DNA of 64,000 bases from assembly GCA_021648225.1 (NCBI GenBank), contig JAKITE010000002.1, positions 5,391 to 69,390 of the forward strand, in the 5' to 3' direction. The stretch is from Paracoccaceae bacterium. GTDB lineage: Bacteria > Pseudomonadota > Alphaproteobacteria > Rhodobacterales > Rhodobacteraceae. Below, in pieces: positions 1-8,713 of this stretch; positions within the stretch are counted from its first letter, which is position 1, and each line of letters begins with the position of its first letter. Below the pieces are notes generated by a model. The model was given only the letters and a program-made list of their open reading frames with translations, did no database searches and was not told the origin of the DNA. The position numbers and the translations under genes are program-made.

Positions 1-1
1 C

Positions 2-1249
2 GAATATCCCGATACAGAAATCTGGGGTTATGATGGCAAGGCTCCCGGCCCGGAAATTCGCGTGCCACAGGCTGCACGTATCCAGCGTAAATTGCTCAAT
101 TCTTTGAATGAGCCAACCACCATTCACTGGCACGGCATTCGCATTGACAATGCCATGGACGGGGTGCCCGGCGTAACCCAGGAAGCGGTGCAACCAAACG
201 GTGAATTCAGCTATGATTTCACGGTGCCGGATGCCGGAACCTATTGGTATCATTCACATTTCAATACTACCGAGCAAATTTCGCGCGGGCTGTATGGCGC
301 TTTGATTGTCGAAGAACCAAACGCCCCCGAGGTCGACCACGACATCACCGTGATTGTCGATGACTGGCGGCTGGATCAAAACGCCCAGATCGACCCCGAT
401 TTCAAACAGGTCCGGGATTGGACCCATGGCGGCCGTTTGGGCAATTTCCTCAAGGCGACGCTGACCCCCGCGTTGAACGAGGTAAAGCAAAACCAGCGCT
501 TGCGGCTGCGGTTTATTTGTGTGGCCACCGATCGCGTTATGCGGCTTGCGCTGGTGGGGATGGCAGGCAAAATCGTGGCGCTGGACGGCATGCCGGTCGA
601 TACCCCGACACCCGTAGAAATGCTGACCTTGGGACCAGCCCAGAGGGCGGATGTGATTGTTGATATAACCGGTGCAACCGGCGAAAAAGCGATGATCGGC
701 TTTGTTGGCCGCGAGCAAACCATCGTGCTTGCCAGCCTAGATATTACCGGTCAGGCCAGCCTTGCACCGCGCCCCGAAATCATGCCTTTGCCTGCAAACC
801 CCATTCAACAACTTGGCACGATTGAAGGCGCGCAGATCACCGCCTTAAATATGGAAGGCGGCGCCATGGGCGGGTTGCAATCAGGCATATACAAAGGCAA
901 ACGCATGACCACCGAGGAGCTGGTGCAAAATGGCCAGATATGGACCTTTAACGGGGTTGCCGGCATGCCCGAATCGCCTTTGGCGGAAATCTCGCTTGGG
1001 GAAACCCTGCGTATCCCGATCATCAATGACACCAGCTTTGCCCATGCCATGCATCTGCACGGCATGCATTTTCAGGAGATATTCGCGGATGGCAGTTTTG
1101 GCCCGCTGCGCGACACCATATTGATCGAACGTCAGGAAACCCGCGAAATCGCCTTTACCGCCAGCAACCCCGGGGATTGGGTTTTCCATTGCCACATGAT
1201 TTCGCATCAGGCCGCCGGAATGATGACCTGGGTCAGGGTCACCGCATGA
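2..1249 (+). CDS. Multicopper oxidase, 5' end cut by window edge
   Basis: The frame is open from nt 2 (EYPDTEIWGYDGKAPGPEIRV...), so the listed GTG at 62 is internal. Copper-site motifs are present: TTIHWHG, HLHGMHF and C-terminal HCHMISHQAAGM. Confidence 0.85.
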   Translation, partial: EYPDTEIWGYDGKAPGPEIRVPQAARIQRKLLNSLNEPTTIHWHGIRIDNAMDGVPGVTQEAVQPNGEFSYDFTVPDAGTYWYHSHFNTTEQISRGLYGALIVEEPNAPEVDHDITVIVDDWRLDQNAQIDPDFKQVRDWTHGGRLGNFLKATLTPALNEVKQNQRLRLRFICVATDRVMRLALVGMAGKIVALDGMPVDTPTPVEMLTLGPAQRADVIVDITGATGEKAMIGFVGREQTIVLASLDITGQASLAPRPEIMPLPANPIQQLGTIEGAQITALNMEGGAMGGLQSGIYKGKRMTTEELVQNGQIWTFNGVAGMPESPLAEISLGETLRIPIINDTSFAHAMHLHGMHFQEIFADGSFGPLRDTILIERQETREIAFTASNPGDWVFHCHMISHQAAGMMTWVRVTA

Positions 1250-1707
1250 AAATCAAAATAGCATTTGCAGCTATTTTCCTGATTGGCGCAGCCGTGCTTG
1301 TCAGCCTGTTTTTGGCCGGAACCCGACAAACCCCTGAAACCGTTCTGCGGGGGCAGGCATTATATGCCGAAAATTGTGCCAGTTGCCACGGGGCAACCCT
1401 GGAGGGCCAACCCGATTGGCGCATTCCCAACCCCGACGGCACATTGCCCGCCCCGCCCCATAATAATGACGGCCACACATGGCACCATGATGACCGCTTA
1501 TTGTTTGATTACACCAAACTTGGCGGCGCACAGGCAATGGCAGCCCGCGGCTTAAGTAATTTCAACAGCGGTATGCCTGCATTTGAGGGAATATTGTCGG
1601 ATGATGAAATCAATAATATCTGGGCCTATATCCGGTCAACCTGGGGCGAAGAAGAACGCGCCGCACAGGCCGAACGCACAGCACTTGATATTGAGGTGAA
1701 CGGCTAA
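1246..1707 (+). CDS. Membrane-anchored mono-haem c-type cytochrome
   Basis: The ATG at 1246 overlaps the oxidase stop (ATGA). There is an N-terminal hydrophobic helix (IAFAAIFLIGAAVLVSLFL) and a single CASCH haem-binding motif. Confidence 0.8.
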   Translation: MKIKIAFAAIFLIGAAVLVSLFLAGTRQTPETVLRGQALYAENCASCHGATLEGQPDWRIPNPDGTLPAPPHNNDGHTWHHDDRLLFDYTKLGGAQAMAARGLSNFNSGMPAFEGILSDDEINNIWAYIRSTWGEEERAAQAERTALDIEVNG

Positions 1708-2504
1708 TCTACAAAAGCCTTTTCAATCACAAAATCTCCCGGTTCGGAATTTGACCCCTCAACCATACCGGCAGCTTCACAAATGGCTTTGTGTTCCTTT
1801 AGCATTTCCATTGACCCGCAAATCATCACGCGATCGGTTTTTGGGTTAAGGGCTGCGCCGGTGGCTGTTGCAAAACGTCCGTCATTTAACCAATCGGTCA
1901 TGCGACCCATTTCTGCGCCTGCTTCGCGCGTAGTCGTGCTGATCAGGCGTAGCTTGTCGCCAACCAGTTCCTGCAACAGCTCGTCCGAGGCAATTTCGGC
2001 CATCAGATGCTTGCCATATTCCAGCTCTGCCACATCGCGGCAAGTATGGGTCAGGATGACTTCTTCAAATTTATCATAGGTTTCGGGGTCACGGATGGTG
2101 CTGGCAAAAGGCGCAATGCCGGTGCCGGTCGAAAACAGGATAAGCCGTTTACCGGCTGTTAGCGCATCATGCACCAAGGTGCCCACCGGTTTGGGGCGAA
2201 TCAAAATATGATCATCAACCTTTAGATGCTGCAAACGGCTGGTCAGCGGGCCATCGGGCACTTTAATGGAATAAAACTCCAATTCCTCGTGCCAGTTGGG
2301 GCTGGCGATGGAATAGGCCCGCGTTAAGGCTTTGTCGCCATTGGGCAAGCCGATCATGGCAAATTCGCCGGAGCGAAACCGGAATCCTTTTGGGCGCTCG
2401 CAGGTGAAGGAAAAGGTTTTGTCGGTCCAGTGGCGCACCGATGTTACCTTTAGATATTCCAACCCGCGATAGATTTTTTGTTCTTCTGCCAGCATCTTGT
2501 CCAT
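1704..2504 (-). CDS. fpr: Ferredoxin-NADP+ reductase
   Basis: 266 aa with the RAYSIAS FAD-binding motif and the GTGIAPF NADP-binding motif. Its stop overlaps the cytochrome c stop (CTAA). Confidence 0.85.
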   Translation of the reverse strand: MDKMLAEEQKIYRGLEYLKVTSVRHWTDKTFSFTCERPKGFRFRSGEFAMIGLPNGDKALTRAYSIASPNWHEELEFYSIKVPDGPLTSRLQHLKVDDHILIRPKPVGTLVHDALTAGKRLILFSTGTGIAPFASTIRDPETYDKFEEVILTHTCRDVAELEYGKHLMAEIASDELLQELVGDKLRLISTTTREAGAEMGRMTDWLNDGRFATATGAALNPKTDRVMICGSMEMLKEHKAICEAAGMVEGSNSEPGDFVIEKAFVD

Positions 2505-2694
2505 TCCTTATTTCATCCGCCCGATATAAGCGTCAAATTGCCTCGTTAAAAGCGGAATAACATTCTTTTTCGTAACGGAGATTGACCTATGTCAGGTAAA
2601 TCGCTAACAAAGCGTCACTATGACAGGCAACAATACGGTTGCCATCGCCGCGTTATCATTGCGGCATATTTTTGACCGCAGTAAACGGAAAAAC

Positions 2695-4650
2695 ATGACA
2701 AAATTTAGTGATCTGGACCTCGACCCGAAGGTTCTAAAAGCAATAGCCGATACCGGCTATGAAACGCCGACCCCCATTCAGGCTCAGGCAATCCCCCATG
2801 CCCTGCAAGGCAGAGACGTGTTGGGCATCGCCCAGACCGGCACCGGTAAAACCGCGTCTTTCACCCTGCCCCTGATTACCATTCTGGCCAAGGGCCGTGC
2901 CCGCGCACGCATGCCGCGCAGCCTGATTCTGTGCCCCACCCGCGAACTCGCGGCGCAAGTGGCCGAGAATTTCGACAATTATTCCAAATATCACCGACTT
3001 TCCAAAGCCCTGCTGATCGGCGGCGTCAGCTTTAAGGATCAGGACCGCCTGATCGATCGCGGCGTTGATGTGCTAATCGCCACGCCGGGCCGCTTGCTCG
3101 ATCATTTTGAGCGCGGCAAATTGATGCTGACCAATGTGCAAATCATGGTAGTAGACGAGGCCGACCGCATGCTGGATATGGGATTCATTCCCGATATCGA
3201 ACGCATCTTCAAGCTGACACCATTCACGCGCCAAACCCTGTTTTTTTCGGCCACGATGGCGCCGGAAATCACCCGCATTACCGAAGAATTCCTGCACAAC
3301 CCTGTGCGGGTCGAGGTCGCGCGTCAAGCCACCACCTCGGAGACAATTACGCAGGCGGTTTGTGAATTCACACCATCACGCAAAGACCGCACCGCCAAGG
3401 AAAAACGCGAGGTTATGCGCGCGATTATGAAGGCCGAGGGCGACGCGCTGACCAACGCGATTATTTTTTGTAATCGCAAAGTAGACGTTGATATTGTTGC
3501 CAAATCCATGAAAAAGCACGGGCTTGATGCCAATCCTATCCACGGCGATCTTGACCAGAACACGCGGATGAAAATCCTCAATTCGTTCCGTGACGGAGAA
3601 TTAAAATTTTTAGTGGCCTCGGATGTGGCGGCGCGCGGGCTTGATATCCCGAATGTTAGCCATATTTTCAATTTTGACGTGCCGATTCACGCCGAAGATT
3701 ACGTGCATCGCATTGGCCGCACCGGCCGCGCGGGGCGCAAAGGCAAAGCCATTACCATTGCCGTGCCGTTTAACAAAAAACATCTGGATGCGATCGAAGC
3801 ATTGGTAAAACAGGAAATCCCGCGCATGGAAAACCCGCTGGCCACGGCTCCGGCTGAAAAACCGGAACAAAAACCCACACCAAAACCTGCGCCACAAGCA
3901 GCCAAGGTTGAAAAACCCGAAGCGCCAAAAGCCGACGCAGCAAAGCCAGAGCAATCTAAACAACGCAGCCCGCGCCAACCGCGCCAGGATAACCGGCGCA
4001 ACAATCGCGGCCCGATGGGTATGGGCGACCATATGCCGGCCTTTATGACAAGGCCGATAAAATTATCAGCAGATCGCGACGGTGCAACGGCTGTTGAAGA
4101 AGTTGTTGAAACAGCCGAGGTTGTTGAAACACCGGCAGTTCAGGAAAAGCCGAAACCAAAGCGCAGATCACGCGCCAAGGCCAAAGCACCTGTTGAAGAG
4201 GCCGTTGTTGAAGCTGTTGAAGAAATGGCCGTTGAAACGGTTACAGAAACAGCCGAACCCGCAGCAGAAAAGCCCAAGCGCAAGCCGCGCACCCGCGCCA
4301 AAGCGCCGGCAGCGGTTGAAGAGGCTAGTGAAACAACGGAAGCCGCGCCGGAAAAGCCCAAGCGCAAATCCCGGGCCAAAGCAAAACCACCGGTTGACGA
4401 AACGGTTGAGGCACCAGCCAAGCCAAAGCGCAAATCACGGGCCAAAACCAAGGCACCAGCCGCTGATGATGCTGCGGCCACCGATGTTGATGCACCGGCG
4501 GAAAAGCCCAAGCGCAAGCCGCGCACCAAAGCAAAGGCAGCGGTTGCTAAACCCCCCGCGCCAGAAGCCCCTGCTCCGGTAGCAAAACCCAAACGCAAGG
4601 CGCGCATTACTCAAAAAGCACCGGTAGCGGCGGCAACTGACGAAGAATAA
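2695..4650 (+). CDS. DEAD-box ATP-dependent RNA helicase with a long Lys/Ala/Pro/Glu-rich C-terminal tail
   Basis: Helicase motifs AQTGTGKT, PTRELA, VVDEADRM, FSATM and HRIGRTGRAG are present. I prefer the internal ATG at 2695 (MTKFSDLDL...) over the ORF-track start at 2620. The tail is about 250 aa and low in complexity. Confidence 0.9.
   Translation: MTKFSDLDLDPKVLKAIADTGYETPTPIQAQAIPHALQGRDVLGIAQTGTGKTASFTLPLITILAKGRARARMPRSLILCPTRELAAQVAENFDNYSKYHRLSKALLIGGVSFKDQDRLIDRGVDVLIATPGRLLDHFERGKLMLTNVQIMVVDEADRMLDMGFIPDIERIFKLTPFTRQTLFFSATMAPEITRITEEFLHNPVRVEVARQATTSETITQAVCEFTPSRKDRTAKEKREVMRAIMKAEGDALTNAIIFCNRKVDVDIVAKSMKKHGLDANPIHGDLDQNTRMKILNSFRDGELKFLVASDVAARGLDIPNVSHIFNFDVPIHAEDYVHRIGRTGRAGRKGKAITIAVPFNKKHLDAIEALVKQEIPRMENPLATAPAEKPEQKPTPKPAPQAAKVEKPEAPKADAAKPEQSKQRSPRQPRQDNRRNNRGPMGMGDHMPAFMTRPIKLSADRDGATAVEEVVETAEVVETPAVQEKPKPKRRSRAKAKAPVEEAVVEAVEEMAVETVTETAEPAAEKPKRKPRTRAKAPAAVEEASETTEAAPEKPKRKSRAKAKPPVDETVEAPAKPKRKSRAKTKAPAADDAAATDVDAPAEKPKRKPRTKAKAAVAKPPAPEAPAPVAKPKRKARITQKAPVAAATDEE
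4140..4620 (+). repeat. Six in-frame degenerate tandem repeats encoding (E/A)KPKRKxRxKAK blocks within the helicase tail
   Basis: GAAAAGCCCAAGCGCAA-type units recur at about 4143, 4267, 4351, 4420, 4501 and 4581. At protein level they read EKPKPKRRSRAKAKA, EKPKRKPRTRAKA, EKPKRKSRAKAKP, AKPKRKSRAKTKA, EKPKRKPRTKAKA and AKPKRKARITQKA. Confidence 0.75.
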
Positions 4651-4721
4651 ATTCGACGTATCGTTGAAAATGGAGTAGGTTCTGCGTTACACCGCAACCT
4701 CTCCATTGGAAACGAACAAGA

Positions 4722-5543
4722 ATGTCGAACAAGAAAGTAACCGCCAAAACCCCTGACCGCAAAATTGCCAACTCGACCTATGAGGCAGAGCTGGAACGCC
4801 TTCAGGTTGAACTTGTCAAAATGCAGGAATGGATAAAAACCCAAGGATTAAAGGTTGTGGTGATCTTTGAAGGGCGCGATGCGGCGGGCAAAGGCGGCAC
4901 CATCAAACGCATTACCGAGCCGCTAAACCCGCGCATTTGCCGCGTGGTTGCCCTGCCCGCCCCGACGGAGCGCGAGACAACCCAATGGTATTTTCAGCGT
5001 TACGTTGCGCACCTGCCATCTGCCGGTGAAATGGTGATTTTGGACCGGTCATGGTATAATCGCGGCGGTGTTGAACGGGTGATGGGGTTCTGCACAGATG
5101 AGGAACATCAGGATTTTCTACGTTCTTGCCCCGAATTTGAACGCATGTTGGTGCGTTCCGGTATCAAAGTCATTAAATACTGGTTTTCTGTCAGCGACGA
5201 GGAACAGGAGCGCCGGTTCCAGAAACGTCTGAAAACTCCGACAAAACGCTGGAAATTGTCACCCATGGACCTTGAATCGCGCAAACGCAGTGTCGATTAT
5301 TCCAAAGCCAAGGACATCATGTTTGCGCATACGGATATCAAACAATCACCGTGGTTTGTGGTGCGTTCCGACGTGAAAAAACACGCGCGCATTAACTGTA
5401 TCACCCACCTGCTTGGCCAAATCCCGTATGAGGACATCACCCCCGAGGAAATTGTGCTAGAGGAACGGCCGCCCCAACAAGGCTATGTTCGCCCGCCGAT
5501 GGACGACCAAACCTTTGTTGAGGAAACCCACCTAACGCTTTAA
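4722..5543 (+). CDS. ppk2: Polyphosphate kinase 2 (single-domain)
   Basis: 273 aa with the Walker A-like motif FEGRDAAGKGGTIKR and the PPK2-typical WYFQRY and DRSWYNR motifs. Confidence 0.85.
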   Translation: MSNKKVTAKTPDRKIANSTYEAELERLQVELVKMQEWIKTQGLKVVVIFEGRDAAGKGGTIKRITEPLNPRICRVVALPAPTERETTQWYFQRYVAHLPSAGEMVILDRSWYNRGGVERVMGFCTDEEHQDFLRSCPEFERMLVRSGIKVIKYWFSVSDEEQERRFQKRLKTPTKRWKLSPMDLESRKRSVDYSKAKDIMFAHTDIKQSPWFVVRSDVKKHARINCITHLLGQIPYEDITPEEIVLEERPPQQGYVRPPMDDQTFVEETHLTL

Positions 5544-7207
5544 TCAATCATTCGATTAATCAACACCGTGCAAACCGGCTTTTTACCAATCGCGGTTTTA
5601 CAAACGCGATTGGTGGCCCGAGCCACAATCATTTCGACCGCCTCGTCGTCATTCAACGCTCCGCGTTTGGCTTTGCGAAGGTCATTCTCAATGGCTTCTT
5701 CCAGCAATCCATCCAGACCGTTGGCTGCATTTTTCACATCGGGCAGCCCATGGCCCTCGGCCCAGACCCCGTCAATAAGGCCCTGATCATCGTCAATCAT
5801 CAGGCTAACCACCACATGGCCGCGCATGGCGAATTGCAAGCGTTGGCGCACTATGCCATCCAGCGCGCCGATCAAAACCGTGCCATCCAGATACAACCGG
5901 CCGGTGTCGATATTTCCAACTGTTTTGGCGTTATTTGTAATATCAACCATCACCCCGTTAGGCGCGATCACGGCTTTGCGGCCATTGCCCTCGGACAGGA
6001 TCACATGTTCGCGCAGATGCCGGTATTCGCCATGCATCGGAATTACCAGATCAGGGTTTAACAGGCGTTGCAGTTCCAGCAAATCAGGCCGGTTGGCGTG
6101 GCCTGATACATGGTAACGGTCATCGCCCGAAACCACGTTGACGCCTTTTTGGGCAAACAGGTTATGAATACGGCCAACGCCGATTTCATTGCCCGGAATG
6201 GTTTTTGAGGAAAACAGAAACGTATCGCCGTCTTTCATTTCCAAGCCACGGTATTTGCCCTGCGCCAGTTGCGCGCTGGCGGCGCGGCGTTCGCCTTGTG
6301 ACCCTGTTGCCAGCACCATCAATTGATTGCGCGGAATGTCTTTGGAATCTTCCAGATCCACAATCGGCGGGAAATCTGTCAGCACACCGGTGCTTTGACC
6401 GGTATTGATCATGGTGCTCATGGCGCGGCCCACAACCACAACCGAGCGCCCCGCATCGACAGCCGCCTGTGCCAGCGTTTTCAGCCGCGCAACATTGCTG
6501 CCAAATGTGGTGGCAACCACCATGCCGGTGGCCTCGCGCATCATTTCGGTGATGGCTGGCGGCAGGCTGGATTCAGACCGGCCCGGTTCGGGCGAAAACA
6601 CATTGGTGCTATCACATACAAATGCCGTGATGCCGTTTTTGGCGATATCCTGCATCAATTTTGCATCAAATGCTTCGCCGACCACGGGGTTGGTATCAAT
6701 TTTGAAATCACCGGAATGGAATATGCGACCTGCCGGTGTGTCGATCACCAGCGCCGATGCCTCGGGGATCGAATGGGATATTGGCACAAAGCCGACCTTA
6801 AACGGGCCGACCTCAACCGTTTCGGGCCACATGGGCGTTTCACGCACCATTTCAGGGTCTTGTCCGGCGCGTTCCATTTTGTTGCGCGCAATCGCGGCGG
6901 TAAACGCGCGACAATAGATGGGAGCCTGCAAACGCGGGAACAAATGCCCCAAAGCGCCGATATGGTCTTCGTGGGCGTGGGTGATGAAAATCCCCTCCAG
7001 CCGGTCTGCGCGATCGGTAATATAGGCGGGGTCTGCCATAATCAGGTCAACGCCGGGGCTGCTTTCCATATCGGGAAAGGCCACGCCTACGTCTACCAGT
7101 ATAAATTTTTCGTTGTTTTTAGGGCCATAGCCATAAAGATACATGTTCATGCCAATCTCGCCTGCGCCACCAAGGGGCAGGTAAATCAACCGGTTATTCT
7201 TAGTCAT
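5540..7207 (-). CDS. rnj: Ribonuclease J (metallo-beta-lactamase / beta-CASP)
   Basis: 555 aa with the HAHEDHIGAL (HxHxDH) motif and a GGAGEIGMN N-terminus. It lies at the end of the conserved nuoN-birA-coaX-rnj arrangement. Confidence 0.85.
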   Translation of the reverse strand: MTKNNRLIYLPLGGAGEIGMNMYLYGYGPKNNEKFILVDVGVAFPDMESSPGVDLIMADPAYITDRADRLEGIFITHAHEDHIGALGHLFPRLQAPIYCRAFTAAIARNKMERAGQDPEMVRETPMWPETVEVGPFKVGFVPISHSIPEASALVIDTPAGRIFHSGDFKIDTNPVVGEAFDAKLMQDIAKNGITAFVCDSTNVFSPEPGRSESSLPPAITEMMREATGMVVATTFGSNVARLKTLAQAAVDAGRSVVVVGRAMSTMINTGQSTGVLTDFPPIVDLEDSKDIPRNQLMVLATGSQGERRAASAQLAQGKYRGLEMKDGDTFLFSSKTIPGNEIGVGRIHNLFAQKGVNVVSGDDRYHVSGHANRPDLLELQRLLNPDLVIPMHGEYRHLREHVILSEGNGRKAVIAPNGVMVDITNNAKTVGNIDTGRLYLDGTVLIGALDGIVRQRLQFAMRGHVVVSLMIDDDQGLIDGVWAEGHGLPDVKNAANGLDGLLEEAIENDLRKAKRGALNDDEAVEMIVARATNRVCKTAIGKKPVCTVLINRMID

Positions 7208-7979
7208 TCATTTTCTTTCTGTTCAGTGCCGCAATCAACACCAGACCATGCACGGTCAAATCCGTGTCCAGATGGTCAAATATATCGGTGCCTTGCGCAA
7301 ATAAGGGTGAGAGGCCGCCAGTGCCGATGATTTTCATCGCTTGCCCGCGTTCCTCTGCGATACGTTTACATATGCCTTCAATGAGGCCAATGTAACCCCA
7401 ATAGATGCCTGATTGCATACAAGCATAGGTATTTGTGCCAACCACGCTATCGGGCTGGGTCACATCGATATGGGGCAATGCGGCAGCGGCGTGATGGAAC
7501 GCCTCAAGGCTGATATTAACCCCGGGGCTGATCACACCACCCACATAGGCACCATCATGATCCGCCACATCAAAGGTCGTGGCGGTGCCAAAATCAACAA
7601 TAATCAGGTTGCCGCCATAACGATCAAACCCTGCCACACAATTAACCAGCCGGTCAGGGCCAACCCCTGCATGCGGGTCCACGCGCGGGGCTGGGCCGAT
7701 GTCAATTTCCGGTTTGCCAACCACCATCGGGCGGCAGCCAAAATAACGGTCACACAGCACCCGCAGGTTATAAACCACACGCGGCACGGTCGATGAGATG
7801 ATAACCCGATTGATTTTTCCGGTAATGCCCGCATGGTTCATCAGGTGTTTCAGCCAGACAAAATATTCATCCGCCGTGCGCGCATGGTCTGTGCTGCAAC
7901 GGAAATCTCCGACAAAGTTATCGCCATCATGCACTGCAAAAACCGCGTTGGTATTGCCCACATCAATTGCCAGTAACAT
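7200..7979 (-). CDS. coaX: Type III pantothenate kinase
   Basis: 259 aa starting MLLAIDVGNTN (ASKHA phosphate-1 motif). It overlaps the rnj start by 8 nt. Confidence 0.85.
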   Translation of the reverse strand: MLLAIDVGNTNAVFAVHDGDNFVGDFRCSTDHARTADEYFVWLKHLMNHAGITGKINRVIISSTVPRVVYNLRVLCDRYFGCRPMVVGKPEIDIGPAPRVDPHAGVGPDRLVNCVAGFDRYGGNLIIVDFGTATTFDVADHDGAYVGGVISPGVNISLEAFHHAAAALPHIDVTQPDSVVGTNTYACMQSGIYWGYIGLIEGICKRIAEERGQAMKIIGTGGLSPLFAQGTDIFDHLDTDLTVHGLVLIAALNRKKMND

Positions 7980-7990
7980 TTTGCTTCCTT

Positions 7991-8713
7991 TCAGAAAAAC
8001 ACATCGGCTGCGGGCAGCACCAGCCGCCCTTTGGCTGTCATAAGCACAAGCGCGCCGGTTTCGTCAATGGTTTCGAATGTGCCGGTCTCGACACGGTTTG
8101 GTAGGCGGGCATAGATAACCTCTCCCAATTTTGCAGCATTGTCCAGCCAGGCGCGGCGGATCGGATCAAAGCCAAAATCGCGCATTTGCTGCTCAAAGCG
8201 CTCAAAACCGGTTGCCAGAGCTGCCAAAAAATCCAACGCGCTGACATGACTGCCAATCACGTTGCTTAGCGCAATTGGCGGCAGCGCATTTGGTTCCAGC
8301 TTTTTAATATCCGGTGCTTTGGCAAGATTAACCCCAATGCCGATAATGATTGCGCCCGACGCGCTGGCCAGCAAAATTCCGGCGATTTTCTGCCCCTTGA
8401 CCAGCACATCATTGGGCCATTTCAGGGTAATATCCGTGGCGCCAAAGCTTTCCAGTGTATCTTGCAAAGCCAGTGCCGCCACAAAAGACCGCTGCGCCAG
8501 TGCTTGCATATCATCCGATGAGTGCATCAACAGGCTGGCGGCAAAATTGCCTTTGGGCATTTCCCAAACCTTGCCGCGCCGTCCGGTTCCGGCGGTTTGT
8601 TTATGGGTTAATATCCACTGATCACCGGTATTTATACGCCGTGCGGCTTCCAGATTGGTGCTGTCAACAGTTTCCAGAATGACCCGCCCCAGATGTGCGG
8701 GCCAATCGGGCAT
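7991..8713 (-). CDS. birA: Biotin-[acetyl-CoA-carboxylase] ligase, no N-terminal HTH
   Basis: 240 aa with the QTAGTGRRGKVW biotin-ligase signature. Its start overlaps the nuoN stop (TAATG). Confidence 0.8.
   Translation of the reverse strand: MPDWPAHLGRVILETVDSTNLEAARRINTGDQWILTHKQTAGTGRRGKVWEMPKGNFAASLLMHSSDDMQALAQRSFVAALALQDTLESFGATDITLKWPNDVLVKGQKIAGILLASASGAIIIGIGVNLAKAPDIKKLEPNALPPIALSNVIGSHVSALDFLAALATGFERFEQQMRDFGFDPIRRAWLDNAAKLGEVIYARLPNRVETGTFETIDETGALVLMTAKGRLVLPAADVFF

Noticed and set aside
2620-2694. N-terminal extensions offered by the ORF track (also at 1177, 26491, 29670, 31465, 35843, 43042, 44701, 47699, 48900 and 59826)
   Set aside because: In each case an internal ATG has a better Shine-Dalgarno, a family-typical N-terminus, or an ATGA/TGATG coupling to the upstream gene.
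4082-4607. Long alternative-frame ORFs on both strands (166 and 155 aa) in the helicase tail
   Set aside because: They are by-products of the repetitive AAG/GCC-rich coding repeats. The helicase frame is continuous with the conserved core.
4140-4620. CRISPR-like periodic repeats
   Set aside because: The repeats are in-frame coding repeats inside the helicase gene, degenerate and irregularly spaced. There are no cas genes and no other array in the window.
6323-7330. 335-aa plus-strand ORF
   Set aside because: It lies entirely antisense to the well-supported RNase J and coaX genes. Its composition is Arg/His/Gly-rich, as is typical of shadow ORFs, and it has no recognisable motifs.
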